IMG/VR virus record: IMGVR_UViG_3300011339_000390
Coordinates: 1 to 24,975 of that record
Source of the DNA: a virus
Lineage: Duplodnaviria > Caudoviricetes
Strand: one strand, 5' to 3'
DNA length: 24,975 nt
The translations under genes were made by a program, and so were the position numbers. Below the pieces are notes generated by a model. The model did not search any database and had not been told where the DNA came from. It worked only from the letters and a program-made list of their open reading frames with translations. Below, piece by piece: positions 1 to 8,330 of the stretch; within the stretch, counting starts at the first letter, position 1; each line of letters begins with the position of its first letter.

Positions 1-333
1 CTGTACGCCGCCCAGACCGAGATTAAAAGCAAAGCTGACAAGAGCGTCGTTTTGGCCTTGGGTAAGAACCATAGGAAAAAGTTTGGCAACCCCAACTTCA
101 AATCGCTGGAGATCAGCACCAAGGATTCCATCTACTTCGGCTCCTGAAAATACGCGGTTATCTTCCGCTTTAAGCGGGAAAGCGTCTCTTTGATCCAGAG
201 GTAAACGACCTTGATCGGGGTATAAAACATGGCCTACTCCTACAGTCCAAAGTTTTGCAGGGCAACGGTAAGGCTTTAGCCGCACTCCCTCATGGTGCTT
301 GATCATCTCTTTGCACCGTTGAGAGACTTTCAT
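1..333 (-). CDS. Endolysin, GH24 phage lysozyme (3' end runs off the window)
   Basis: Not in the ORF track; translated by hand from ATG 333, which overlaps the holin stop (ATGA): MKVSQRCKEMIKHHEGVRLKPYRCPAKLWTVGVGH...LTQGQNDALVSFAFNLG. It carries the E-x8-(D/C)-x5-T catalytic triad and the 'Q.DALVSF.FNLG' motif of GH24 lysozymes. Confidence 0.93.
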   Translation of the reverse strand, partial: MKVSQRCKEMIKHHEGVRLKPYRCPAKLWTVGVGHVLYPDQGRLPLDQRDAFPLKAEDNRVFSGAEVDGILGADLQRFEVGVAKLFPMVLTQGQNDALVSFAFNLGLGGVQ

Positions 334-815
334 TTCTTGCTGAACGCTTGGCTTCCAAACCAGAAAGAAATGACGCTGGCCCAAATGATTTGCGTCTCAT
401 CATCCCAAATGTTGTCCAGCATGATCTGGAAATCTACACCGTGGTTCCAAGCGTAAACAAACCCGGCTACGTCTACAAACACCAGCAGGAGGAACAGGCC
501 GTAGGTGATAAGGGGCCGAACACCAGCGCGGAGATTCACCATCCACTGTGATGCACCTTGACCAATGGCGATGTCGTGGGCGTACAGGGCGCTGCGCTCT
601 GCTGATGCGGCCTCAATCATCTGGCCCTCTACCCTGATCTCTTCCACCCGTTGTTGGGCTTCAAAACCCGCTTTACGGAGTTCCAACTCACGCTCAGTCT
701 GGAGGCGAGCCATTGCCATCTCGTGGCTCTTGTCGGCGCGGTCTTGGAAAAACCCAAGCAGCTTGGGTAGGCCACCGGCAAGGAAGCTAACCAGTGTAGT
801 AATCAGAGTAATCAT
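330..815 (-). CDS. Putative holin (GTA-type 3-TM holin family)
   Basis: Hydrophobic N-terminus, coiled middle, then 'VRPLITYGLFLLLVFV' and 'IIWASVISFWFGSQAFSKK' TM segments; directly upstream of the endolysin. Confidence 0.75.
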   Translation of the reverse strand: MITLITTLVSFLAGGLPKLLGFFQDRADKSHEMAMARLQTERELELRKAGFEAQQRVEEIRVEGQMIEAASAERSALYAHDIAIGQGASQWMVNLRAGVRPLITYGLFLLLVFVDVAGFVYAWNHGVDFQIMLDNIWDDETQIIWASVISFWFGSQAFSKK

Positions 816-817
816 AG

Positions 818-1273
818 TCAGCCTTTTAAATCAAAACTCAGGTTTGCATGGCGGGGGTACTGAACCACACGCTCACCCTCCGGGCATTTGTACTTGATTG
901 TCGCCAGCAGCGTGGCTGTGCCGGGTGCAATCTTTTCTTTTCTCACCATCGTGAGTTGGTATGTAAACGTGTCAATTGTTGGCCCCGCTGGGCCGCTGAA
1001 TTTGCTTGCCGTTGTCGTTGCTTCATGCACCATACCCGCCGCGTCACGGACGCTTGGTGTAAAGCTCTCTACCGAGCAGTCATCGCGTTTTTTAATCCGG
1101 GCCACTGTGACGTTGATGGGCTGTCCAGCCACTGCTGTAATCTTAAAATGCTCTGGTGACCATTCCAAAATGGCCCGGTCAAACCAGCCAAATTTATCAG
1201 CAAGCGTGTAACCGCCGCCGATAGCTGCAATGCTGGCTGCGACTGCTCCGATGGCTTTAGTAACGTCAATCAT
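818..1273 (-). CDS. Hypothetical membrane-anchored/exported protein in the lysis region
   Basis: 151 aa; N-terminal hydrophobic segment, beta-rich body, two Cys; ATGA-coupled to the upstream ORF. Confidence 0.7.
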   Translation of the reverse strand: MIDVTKAIGAVAASIAAIGGGYTLADKFGWFDRAILEWSPEHFKITAVAGQPINVTVARIKKRDDCSVESFTPSVRDAAGMVHEATTTASKFSGPAGPTIDTFTYQLTMVRKEKIAPGTATLLATIKYKCPEGERVVQYPRHANLSFDLKG

Positions 1274-1422
1274 TTGTCTTTGCGATTAAATATCTCAAAC
1301 AACGATTTAACTTTTTCTTCCAGCACGGCGATTTTGATGTCCATTTTAGCCAGCACAATAATGAGCGTTATCAACGCCAACAGCATGGGCCAACCCTTTG
1401 CCAATGCCTCCAAGAATTCCAT
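1270..1422 (-). CDS. Small single-TM protein (50 aa)
   Basis: Hand translation MEFLEALAKGWPMLLALITLIIVLAKMDIKIAVLEEKVKSLFEIFNRKDK; fills the gap exactly, and its stop overlaps the next ATG. Confidence 0.75.
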   Translation of the reverse strand: MEFLEALAKGWPMLLALITLIIVLAKMDIKIAVLEEKVKSLFEIFNRKDK

Positions 1423-1424
1423 AA

Positions 1425-1595
1425 TTACCGATGTAACGTAAGGCTGGCGTAAACAATAGCAGACATACTAACAATAAGCACCCCAGCGGTCTTCATAATC
1501 ACGCCCTCTAAGCGTTTTAATCGCGCATTAATCTGCGCGTATCTCTCAGCACAAACGGCCTCGTGGCTCGTTAACCGGATGTCAATATCGTTCAT
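1425..1595 (-). CDS. Small coiled-coil plus C-terminal TM protein (56 aa), XhlA/holin-like architecture
   Basis: Hand translation MNDIDIRLTSHEAVCAERYAQINARLKRLEGVIMKTAGVLIVSMSAIVYASLTLHR; tightly packed in the operon. Confidence 0.75.
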   Translation of the reverse strand: MNDIDIRLTSHEAVCAERYAQINARLKRLEGVIMKTAGVLIVSMSAIVYASLTLHR

Positions 1596-1631
1596 GGTGC
1601 GTCAATAAAATGATTAATTAGCAAAACCACA

Positions 1632-3536
1632 CTAAACTTGATACGACAGTTCGATGTACAAGTCTGCCGTCCCGCTTGTATATTTTGATGCCAACAATGT
1701 TGCTTGACCAGTAGTTGTTTGTTCAAACAAACCAATATAATTAGTTCCTGCAATTGCTCTTGCTGTGATAGTACCCGCCGCTGTTGCAATCGATCCATAA
1801 GATACTGCGCCAGCAGAGCGCAATAAAGTATTTGAATTTACACCCCAAGGCAATCCGCGAATATATGTTGCGTTAGTGGCGGTCATGCCAGTGGTGGTGA
1901 TATCCGTAAGAGATATAGTTACAAATACTCGATTACCAATTCGCGTATACAAACCATACGCATAAAGAAAAGTTGCAACATTACCTGCGGTTTGGTCATC
2001 CGCCAATACGGGGGTAAAAGTCCCTGTGTCGTAATACCCCATCAATTCCGTGACTGATGTTCCAGAAGTAGCAGTCCCAATATTAGGAAGATAAAAGCCT
2101 CCCAAATAAGACCGTGGCGTGTTTGTAATTTGTGTGGTCGCCCTTAATTCGGCAACGTAAGTGCGAGTACCGTTGTCTACGAGGCCCGTTGTTGTCCCGG
2201 ATAATGAGGCAAAACCAAAAATAGTAGTGTCTAAACTTAGGGTAGTTAAGTTTACTCCTGTAGTGCAATCCTCCGCATAAACTTGCTGAAAATTATTTCC
2301 GTTGGAATTCAATGTGTACAAGGTTGTATTTCCAACAACAATCCCCGTCCCGCAGTTGGAAACTTCTGGCTGAATAAACCTGTTGTCACTACCCACCCAC
2401 ATTGAGATGCCTTGCCCAAAACTAGTAAACACACACTGATTGATTTGGTTTAAGTTGGCACGCTGGTTGTCTGTGCTGCCAATGGTTGTGCCAAGCCAAA
2501 TGCCGCTATTGGTGTTTGAACTGCTGCCCCCATTGGCTCGGCAATGGTTGATTTGGTTATAGTAAGGGCCAGCCACGCCAGTGATGCCCTTAATCATAAT
2601 TGCTGACGTACGGTAGTTTGCGTTGTTGGTTACGCCATCGTTGTACGTAAATGTCCCGCTACCTACGTTGGTAATTACCGCATTGTCAACAACGCACGAT
2701 TGAGCGCCTTCCAAAAATATGCCTGCGCCAGTGCAACTGTTCATGTCAATCCGTGCATTCAAAATCTTTGCGTAAAGAACAGAAGTGTTTGGGACAGTTA
2801 CAGACGGGCTGGTTGATGTGCGAATAGCAAACCCATTCGCGGTTTGCTTAAATGTTGCATTAGCATCAAACTCAAGAATAGTGTTTGGATACACCTTGAT
2901 GCTTGTTACGGCGTACGTTCCTGCATCCACATACACGGTTTGCCCGCTTGTAAAGCACGCATCAACGGCGGCTTGAATTGCGGCGGTGTCGTTTGTAACC
3001 CCATCGCCAACAGCGCCAAAGTCTTTAACGCTGACTGTTTCTCTCAATTTAGTTTGGGCAGTTGTCAAAACTGCGCCCGTTCCAGCGGGTAGGTACGTTA
3101 CGTTAGCAGATGACATAACGCTAGAAGAAACCTTGATGTAATCTGTACCGTTAAAGTATACAAAACACTTTTCACCAACAGCGACAGAAACACCTGTTTG
3201 ACCCGCAGCTTTGAATGTAACCGCGCTAGTAGCACCTGCGTGATCCACCATGTACAGTTTGCTGTAACTTGGTCCAGTGATAACCTTGGTGACTGTCTGT
3301 GTACCAGTGATACGAATCACCATGTACTGGGCGGTGGTAGAAGTTATTGCGTTTCCAGAAGCACTACCCGTGGTATTGGCTAGAGTAATTGCACCATCAC
3401 CAGCAAAAGATAGTGTGCCAGCAATGGCAATGTCAACATAATCTGTAATACCGTAATTAACAGTGTCACCCCAAGTACCCGATAGGGAGCCTTGTGTTGG
3501 GGTAACTAAGCCTAAAAGAGTAGTTATTGCGGCCAT
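1632..3536 (-). CDS. Tail fibre/tailspike with pectate-lyase-like beta-helix
   Basis: N-terminal virion anchor ('GTWGDTVN'), motif 'VSVKDFGAVGDGVTNDTAAIQAA' that opens Pectate_lyase_3-type beta-helices, Asn/Gly/Thr-rich repeats, and C-terminal 'GTFTPVL...YTRIGNRVFV' fibre domain. Confidence 0.88.
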   Translation of the reverse strand: MAAITTLLGLVTPTQGSLSGTWGDTVNYGITDYVDIAIAGTLSFAGDGAITLANTTGSASGNAITSTTAQYMVIRITGTQTVTKVITGPSYSKLYMVDHAGATSAVTFKAAGQTGVSVAVGEKCFVYFNGTDYIKVSSSVMSSANVTYLPAGTGAVLTTAQTKLRETVSVKDFGAVGDGVTNDTAAIQAAVDACFTSGQTVYVDAGTYAVTSIKVYPNTILEFDANATFKQTANGFAIRTSTSPSVTVPNTSVLYAKILNARIDMNSCTGAGIFLEGAQSCVVDNAVITNVGSGTFTYNDGVTNNANYRTSAIMIKGITGVAGPYYNQINHCRANGGSSSNTNSGIWLGTTIGSTDNQRANLNQINQCVFTSFGQGISMWVGSDNRFIQPEVSNCGTGIVVGNTTLYTLNSNGNNFQQVYAEDCTTGVNLTTLSLDTTIFGFASLSGTTTGLVDNGTRTYVAELRATTQITNTPRSYLGGFYLPNIGTATSGTSVTELMGYYDTGTFTPVLADDQTAGNVATFLYAYGLYTRIGNRVFVTISLTDITTTGMTATNATYIRGLPWGVNSNTLLRSAGAVSYGSIATAAGTITARAIAGTNYIGLFEQTTTGQATLLASKYTSGTADLYIELSYQV

Positions 3537-3545
3537 TAATTTATC

Positions 3546-3626
3546 CTAAGTTGCAGTATTTAGCCAAGTGGGTGTTTGTGGATTTTCTACTACACCCCCT
3601 TCGTCATTACCCCCGCTAAGAGACAT
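3546..3626 (-). pseudogene. 26-codon mini-ORF, possible internally deleted tail gene remnant
   Basis: MSLSGGNDEGGVVENPQTPTWLNTAT* fills the gap between two structural genes, with 4-nt and 9-nt spacing. Confidence 0.4.
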
Positions 3627-3630
3627 ACCA

Positions 3631-4122
3631 TCAGGTTGTTGCCAAGCGGATCAAAGCAGAAGAAGTGGTATTACTAGGCATGGTCAAAGTGAACGTACCG
3701 GCAGTAATAGTTTGTGAACCAAACGTATGAACGCTAACAGCAGTATTGCCTTGAGTGGAGTTGTAAATCAACACTGCGTCAAACGCCGTTGCCAAAGTCA
3801 CTGTGGTGTATGTGATGTTGGCAGAAGGTGTGACAAAAGCAACACCCGCAGTTGTAGAGCTATTGGTGGCTGTTGGAGCGGTTCCCATAGTTACTGCCAC
3901 GCCACCAGCTACATAGTTTGCACCCGAGACTTCGCCTGTGGCTGAATAAACAGTGGTAGAAGCATTTACCGTAGCAGATGCTAGATACAAAGCCGCTTTA
4001 AACGAATCGGCAGTAGGGGCTGTCAAACTTGTACGAGATACAAGTGTTATCGAACCAAATTGGTGACCGCCATTGAGCAATTGCCCCATGAACGATGTGC
4101 ACATTGCCTGCGTATTTGCCAT
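3631..4122 (-). CDS. Virion structural protein (tail-associated), paralog of 4317-4730
   Basis: Shares 'TSF..QLL...H.F...D.F..ALY...A.....TTVY.A.GE.SG..Y.A.G' and 'A.LIYN...GN..V.V..FG...T....FT..MP.N.....LIRL' with 4317-4730; AAGGA RBS. Confidence 0.75.
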   Translation of the reverse strand: MANTQAMCTSFMGQLLNGGHQFGSITLVSRTSLTAPTADSFKAALYLASATVNASTTVYSATGEVSGANYVAGGVAVTMGTAPTATNSSTTAGVAFVTPSANITYTTVTLATAFDAVLIYNSTQGNTAVSVHTFGSQTITAGTFTLTMPSNTTSSALIRLATT

Positions 4123-4131
4123 GATATTTCC

Positions 4132-4320
4132 TTAATTAAAAGATGCGGCTTCTACCGCAGAACCTATGCTTTTCTTGAGGGTTACATGCGCCGAACGATG
4201 CACAAGTTCCCCTTCCAACCAATATTCAATCCATGTTGTAGTTTCGTTGTCGTTGTCTATGGTTCCTTCCCGTTTTTCCAACAAGGATTCGTCCATCAGA
4301 CCTTTGGTGGTTGTAATCAT
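4132..4320 (-). CDS. Hypothetical protein (62 aa)
   Basis: ATGA overlap with the upstream gene; fits operon packing. Confidence 0.75.
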   Translation of the reverse strand: MITTTKGLMDESLLEKREGTIDNDNETTTWIEYWLEGELVHRSAHVTLKKSIGSAVEAASFN

Positions 4321-4730
4321 GGTAGTCGTATTAGTGAGGTGGTGGATGAGTTGGTGGGCATCACAACTGTGAACGATGATGTGGTGGTTTTGTCAGCACC
4401 GAAGTCCAATACTGCCACCGATTTGTTACCCTTGGATGCATTGTAAATCAGCGCACCCCGTGCTGTAAACGCACCTGTAGTCCATACCACGTTGGTGAAG
4501 TTCACAAAGGCTGTGGTGTCTGTGACACTGACCGAGATGCCTGTCATTACCTGACCTGTCGCGGTGTAGCCTGTGCCTGAAATCTCCCCACTTGCTGTGT
4601 AAACAGTGGTAGTCGCCCCCAAATCGGCATTGGCTGTGTACAACGCCATGTAGAAGGTGTCTGTGGAGAAGTCATGTACCGCTTGAAGCAGTTGCTGCTT
4701 AAAGGATGTGGTTAGGGTTTGGGCAATCAT
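4317..4730 (-). CDS. Virion structural protein (tail-associated), paralog of 3631-4122
   Basis: Alignable over its full length with 3631-4122; ATGA-coupled to the adaptor gene. Confidence 0.75.
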   Translation of the reverse strand: MIAQTLTTSFKQQLLQAVHDFSTDTFYMALYTANADLGATTTVYTASGEISGTGYTATGQVMTGISVSVTDTTAFVNFTNVVWTTGAFTARGALIYNASKGNKSVAVLDFGADKTTTSSFTVVMPTNSSTTSLIRLP

Positions 4731-5374
4731 GTTACTGGAATCCTAGCCTGCCCACTGCGGTAGGCGTCAGATCGCTCAAGTCCATCGCCCAGACGTTTAA
4801 GCTGTACCAAAGCCTCACCAAACTTGGTGTTGTACAACAGAACCATGTCCTGCTCACCCTTCATATAGGTGTAGGCTTCAACCAGTGTCCCATACAGAAG
4901 TGCGGGGTCATAGTTGTCACCGAGCCATGTGGTTGAAGCTGTGACAATGGACTCTGGGTAGTAGAAGTACTGTAAGTCTGTTGCCAAAGCCGCGCTAGGG
5001 GTTGGGCCAAGAATAAATTTTAGTTCTGTGACCGTAGTCTGAGGCCCGTAAATAGCGTAGTACTTGGGTGTTCCTGTTGTTGTAGGTTTGGGGTATGCCT
5101 CACGAATAAAGCTAACATCTTTGTCTAGTAAAAATGTGTAGCTACCGTCGGCGTTAACTACCGCAAATGAGTATACGGACAGAAAATCGTTTGGCGCATT
5201 AAAGTACGGCGTACTTGCTGTTAGGGCTGTTGTTGCGGTTTTTCTTAGGTTTGGAAGCTGTACGGCGTTGTATATACGAGTTTCTGCCTGCGTAATAAAC
5301 ACATTCATGTCCGTCGTAGGAAAGGTATTCTCTGTGTACGACGAAACGGCAGAAACCAACGCAGCGTAATTCAT
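4727..5374 (-). CDS. Putative head-tail adaptor / tail tubular protein A-like
   Basis: Motifs 'FITQAETRIY', 'GTPKYYA', 'LGPTP', 'TTWL.DNY..ALLYGTLVEAY.YMK' typical of phage adaptor proteins; position after head genes. Confidence 0.7.
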   Translation of the reverse strand: MNYAALVSAVSSYTENTFPTTDMNVFITQAETRIYNAVQLPNLRKTATTALTASTPYFNAPNDFLSVYSFAVVNADGSYTFLLDKDVSFIREAYPKPTTTGTPKYYAIYGPQTTVTELKFILGPTPSAALATDLQYFYYPESIVTASTTWLGDNYDPALLYGTLVEAYTYMKGEQDMVLLYNTKFGEALVQLKRLGDGLERSDAYRSGQARIPVT

Positions 5375-5607
5375 GCCATCGGACCCCGAGACATCAGACC
5401 TTTAGTCGCTGCGCCAGTTCCACGCATCTTGAGGCCAGAGGTCTTTACGCCGGGTTGCTCACTGCTGGAGATATTCCCATCCACAACGCGAGTGTTTTTC
5501 AACATGCTCAGGTCGGGCAGTACGCCGGGGTTGGCTTCAACGGTCACGGCCTTGCCAGACATGGTGTGCGGCTTGGCATAAGCCGCAGCTGATTTGTTGT
5601 TAATCAT
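5371..5607 (-). CDS. Small basic hypothetical protein (78 aa)
   Basis: Tight packing; C-terminal 'MRGTGAATKG' motif shared with neighbours. Confidence 0.75.
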   Translation of the reverse strand: MINNKSAAAYAKPHTMSGKAVTVEANPGVLPDLSMLKNTRVVDGNISSSEQPGVKTSGLKMRGTGAATKGLMSRGPMA

Positions 5608-5608
5608 C

Positions 5609-5797
5609 TTAGCCCCCGCGACCAGATTTCTGGTTCATCACTTTAGCCATGCCACGACCATACTTCATCATGTCCATGTCGGTCTTGCCACCTTTGGCAA
5701 ACTTGGTTGGGGTTTTACCGGGATGTAGCCGCTTCTCGTGCTTGTGCACAGCCCCAGCTATCATCTTCTTGTCCTGCTTCTTGTCTGCCTTGTCCAT
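5609..5797 (-). CDS. Small Lys-rich hypothetical protein (62 aa)
   Basis: AGGAG RBS; contains FAKGG motif. Confidence 0.78.
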   Translation of the reverse strand: MDKADKKQDKKMIAGAVHKHEKRLHPGKTPTKFAKGGKTDMDMMKYGRGMAKVMNQKSGRGG

Positions 5798-5805
5798 ATT
5801 AACTC

Positions 5806-6189
5806 CTAAGTTACCGTAACTGAACCAAGTTCTAACGCTGCCACCAAGTAGTTGGGAGTCAGCCCATCATCGTTTGCCCTAGACCCGCCCACCGGGTTCC
5901 AGTTCCACTGAAATACTCGGCTTCCTTCGCCTGAATACCCATCTACCAGCAAGCCAGAAGCGTAGTAGCTCAAATCCCTGCGTGGCTCCCGCACTGCTTG
6001 CGGGTCATCTACCGGGTACATCCCCAACTGTAACTGAGGTTGATCCGGTGTCCAACAGGTTGGGCACACCAGCAAGTTGTAGGTTTTGGTCTTAACAACT
6101 TCCTTCTTCAGTTCCTTCAGCTTGTAGCGGAACCCGCAGCGGTCACATTCCGCTATCGAATTCTTGCCGGATGCGAACCTATTACCCAT
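5806..6189 (-). CDS. Zn-ribbon-containing protein (CDRC...CPTC), probably virion/assembly
   Basis: Two CxxC pairs; located between adaptor-like genes. Confidence 0.75.
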   Translation of the reverse strand: MGNRFASGKNSIAECDRCGFRYKLKELKKEVVKTKTYNLLVCPTCWTPDQPQLQLGMYPVDDPQAVREPRRDLSYYASGLLVDGYSGEGSRVFQWNWNPVGGSRANDDGLTPNYLVAALELGSVTVT

Positions 6190-6191
6190 GA

Positions 6192-7109
6192 TTACATAAA
6201 CATCTGCCGGGGCACAAATCGAACCGCGGCTTTCTCTCGGTCCTCATCCTGCGCCAACTGCCACGCCTCATCATATTGCATCTTCAATACCTGTAGCCGC
6301 TCCATGCCGTTAGGCAGCTTGAGCGCCAAGTAATACGCCAGCCCTGCTGTTACACACGGGATAAACCTGAACGGCACATCCATTGTATCCGAGCCATCCC
6401 CAGCGTTTTGGTTCCTACGCAGTCGCCAGTACACGAAGGTATAGGTCTGGGAGCCATCAGGCGTGGGCCAGACGCTGATTGCAGGGGGGTTTGATACATA
6501 CACGGCTGTACCCGTTGTATGCGTGGCTGCGGTGGTATTTGCCTGCCCCCTAGCGCAGTCTGTCAGGACATTCCCTACGATATACCCGTAGTAGATGATC
6601 TCGTTGTCGACCTTGATGTAGCCGGCGGCGGCTAGTCCCACGACAGAATCCAAAGTGATTGTGGTGGCTGTGGCAGTCACTGCACCACTAAGTGTTAGGG
6701 TTGTAGCGGAAGTCTGCCCCGAGTTACGTTGGATCATCACCTGAATGGGCCGCGCTTGCTGCAGCTTGTTAGGCAGTGTGGCGTAGGTACTGACGCTGAT
6801 CCGGGTGATGGTCAGATCCGCTTGGTTGGAAGTTGAGTTGGCGTTTGTGCGGATGACATGCTCAAGCAAGTCTACGGTGTCCACCGGCAGCGCATAGGTG
6901 TTCAAACCCTGAGTCAGGGTAAACGATCCCTGCTCAATCGTCCACATGTTGATGCCCCGGTTGGCCCAGTCAGCAAACATGATGTTGAGTGACCGACGCG
7001 CTGTACGCATGTCATAGCCCGTGCGAAGTTCAGAGCCTGCGCGTTCAAACGCATCCTCAATGACCTCACTCAGGTCCATGTCAAAGTTAGCAACGCCCGA
7101 AGTAGTCAT
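6192..7109 (-). CDS. Putative head completion/adaptor protein with inserted Thr-rich beta domain
   Basis: 'EVIEDAFERAG...ARRSLNIMFADWANRGINMWT', 'VWPTPD', 'D.PFRF.P....GLAYYLA' adaptor-like motifs; internal 'TTLTLSGAVTATATTITLDS...RGQANTTAATH' insertion. Confidence 0.7.
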   Translation of the reverse strand: MTTSGVANFDMDLSEVIEDAFERAGSELRTGYDMRTARRSLNIMFADWANRGINMWTIEQGSFTLTQGLNTYALPVDTVDLLEHVIRTNANSTSNQADLTITRISVSTYATLPNKLQQARPIQVMIQRNSGQTSATTLTLSGAVTATATTITLDSVVGLAAAGYIKVDNEIIYYGYIVGNVLTDCARGQANTTAATHTTGTAVYVSNPPAISVWPTPDGSQTYTFVYWRLRRNQNAGDGSDTMDVPFRFIPCVTAGLAYYLALKLPNGMERLQVLKMQYDEAWQLAQDEDREKAAVRFVPRQMFM

Positions 7110-7342
7110 TATCTAAATCCTGCTGTTTTCTTTGCTATGCTTTTAGGCTGTGCTACAAACTGTTTTCCAGCAGCTTTACCTGCTCTCTTAGCCTTGGTTG
7201 TCGCAGCATACTCACTAGGGCTAAGACTTTTAATCGCAGCTTCAGGCAAGTACCGCTCCCCCGTCTTACTCGACGGTTTACCAGACTTGGTGCGCCATTT
7301 CTGGTCGCCCCAATCTTTCAGGGACTGCTGCGGTGCTTTCAA
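7109..7342 (-). CDS. Small basic protein (resembles the C-terminal part of DUF5872-like proteins)
   Basis: 'QQSLKDWGDQKWRTKSGK...ERYLPEAA..LSPSEYAAT..AKR'; family name recalled from memory, not searched. Confidence 0.7.
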   Translation of the reverse strand: MKAPQQSLKDWGDQKWRTKSGKPSSKTGERYLPEAAIKSLSPSEYAATTKAKRAGKAAGKQFVAQPKSIAKKTAGFR

Positions 7343-7530
7343 TCTTTAGCCATTTCTTTATCAAAAAGCTCTTCGTCAATTTCTTCGTCTATCGTACTTG
7401 GCCGGGACAGGTCTATGATCGCTTGCTGTAGCATTTCTAGGGTAACACCGTGCTGCAACTTTTCTAAACCACAATCACATGGCCCGCTATCATAAATAAG
7501 ACACCGATAATCATGCGTCTGTCTAGTCAC
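7339..7530 (-). CDS. Small acidic hypothetical protein (~63 aa; H-x3-C...CxC)
   Basis: GTG at 7530 with GGAGG upstream, overlapping the previous stop; its own stop overlaps the ATG of 7109-7342. Start uncertain (track gives 7548). Confidence 0.55.
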   Translation of the reverse strand: MTRQTHDYRCLIYDSGPCDCGLEKLQHGVTLEMLQQAIIDLSRPSTIDEEIDEELFDKEMAKD

Positions 7531-7810
7531 GGTAACCACCTCCAGCATCTTTGTATCGTTTAGCCATTAACTGAGCTTTCCTAGCTGACCACTGACCAGC
7601 ACCCGTACCCTGCACGGCAGCAGCCTTGACGCTGTTGAAAATCCGTTTACGCAGATTAGGCTTGGTGTAGTTGCCGGCCTCATTGACTTTGGATTTTACC
7701 GCCCCACCTTCTTTGTACTGCGTGAAGTCAGTGTCGTCACGGCGCTTCTTACGCTTGCCTGTTGGCATCTTGCTGGGGTCAATGGCCCCCATGCCACGGG
7801 AGGCTCTCAT
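7523..7810 (-). CDS. Small basic protein (N-terminal DUF5872-like part, with 'SRGMGAI' and YKEGG motifs)
   Basis: Start moved to ATG 7810 (MRASRGMG), just after the upstream stop; 'NYTKPNLRKRI...GQWSARKAQL.AKRYK.AGGGY'. Confidence 0.75.
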   Translation of the reverse strand: MRASRGMGAIDPSKMPTGKRKKRRDDTDFTQYKEGGAVKSKVNEAGNYTKPNLRKRIFNSVKAAAVQGTGAGQWSARKAQLMAKRYKDAGGGYRD

Positions 7811-7811
7811 A

Positions 7812-8318
7812 TCAGCACATCTTTCCACGGGTTTTACCCCGTTGGGCTATGCCATCAGCACGAGAAGAAACGGAGCCGCCAGAAGCGTACTTCTTGACCA
7901 CACCGCCTTTACGGAACGTCGATGGTTCCGACTCGTCTTGGGCGGTTTTGTACTGCTCTCGGCTCTGCATGTAGTCTTCTTTACTCGTGGGCTTTTTAGC
8001 GTCGTCCTTGAGCATTTTTGCTGTTGCTCCGGTCCTCGTGTTGCGGCTGTAGTTGCTGCTCACCACATCGGGCCCCGCATTAGACGGCTTACCCGCACTG
8101 TCATAGGATGGTCCGCCTCGGGTACGCCCGATTTCGCGGGTGCGCATGTCACCCGGATCAATTGCATCAGCGGCATCCTGCTCGGTTTTATTACGCGCCT
8201 CGCCACGTGTGGGGTCTGATGCCAAATTGGTGTTGTACTTTTTACCGTTAAAAGTAAAGTTCTTGTCGCCCGAAGCACGGGCTTCACGAAAAGCTTTTCC
8301 AAATGCACTGGTAGCCAT
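7812..8318 (-). CDS. Basic low-complexity protein (168 aa), probable internal virion protein
   Basis: AGGAG RBS; N-terminal 'FGKAFREARASGDKNFTFNGKKYNT' module; C-terminal FRKGG, YASGG and 'RADGIAQRGKTRG'. Confidence 0.78.
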   Translation of the reverse strand: MATSAFGKAFREARASGDKNFTFNGKKYNTNLASDPTRGEARNKTEQDAADAIDPGDMRTREIGRTRGGPSYDSAGKPSNAGPDVVSSNYSRNTRTGATAKMLKDDAKKPTSKEDYMQSREQYKTAQDESEPSTFRKGGVVKKYASGGSVSSRADGIAQRGKTRGKMC

Positions 8319-8330
8319 AGTATTCTCCTG

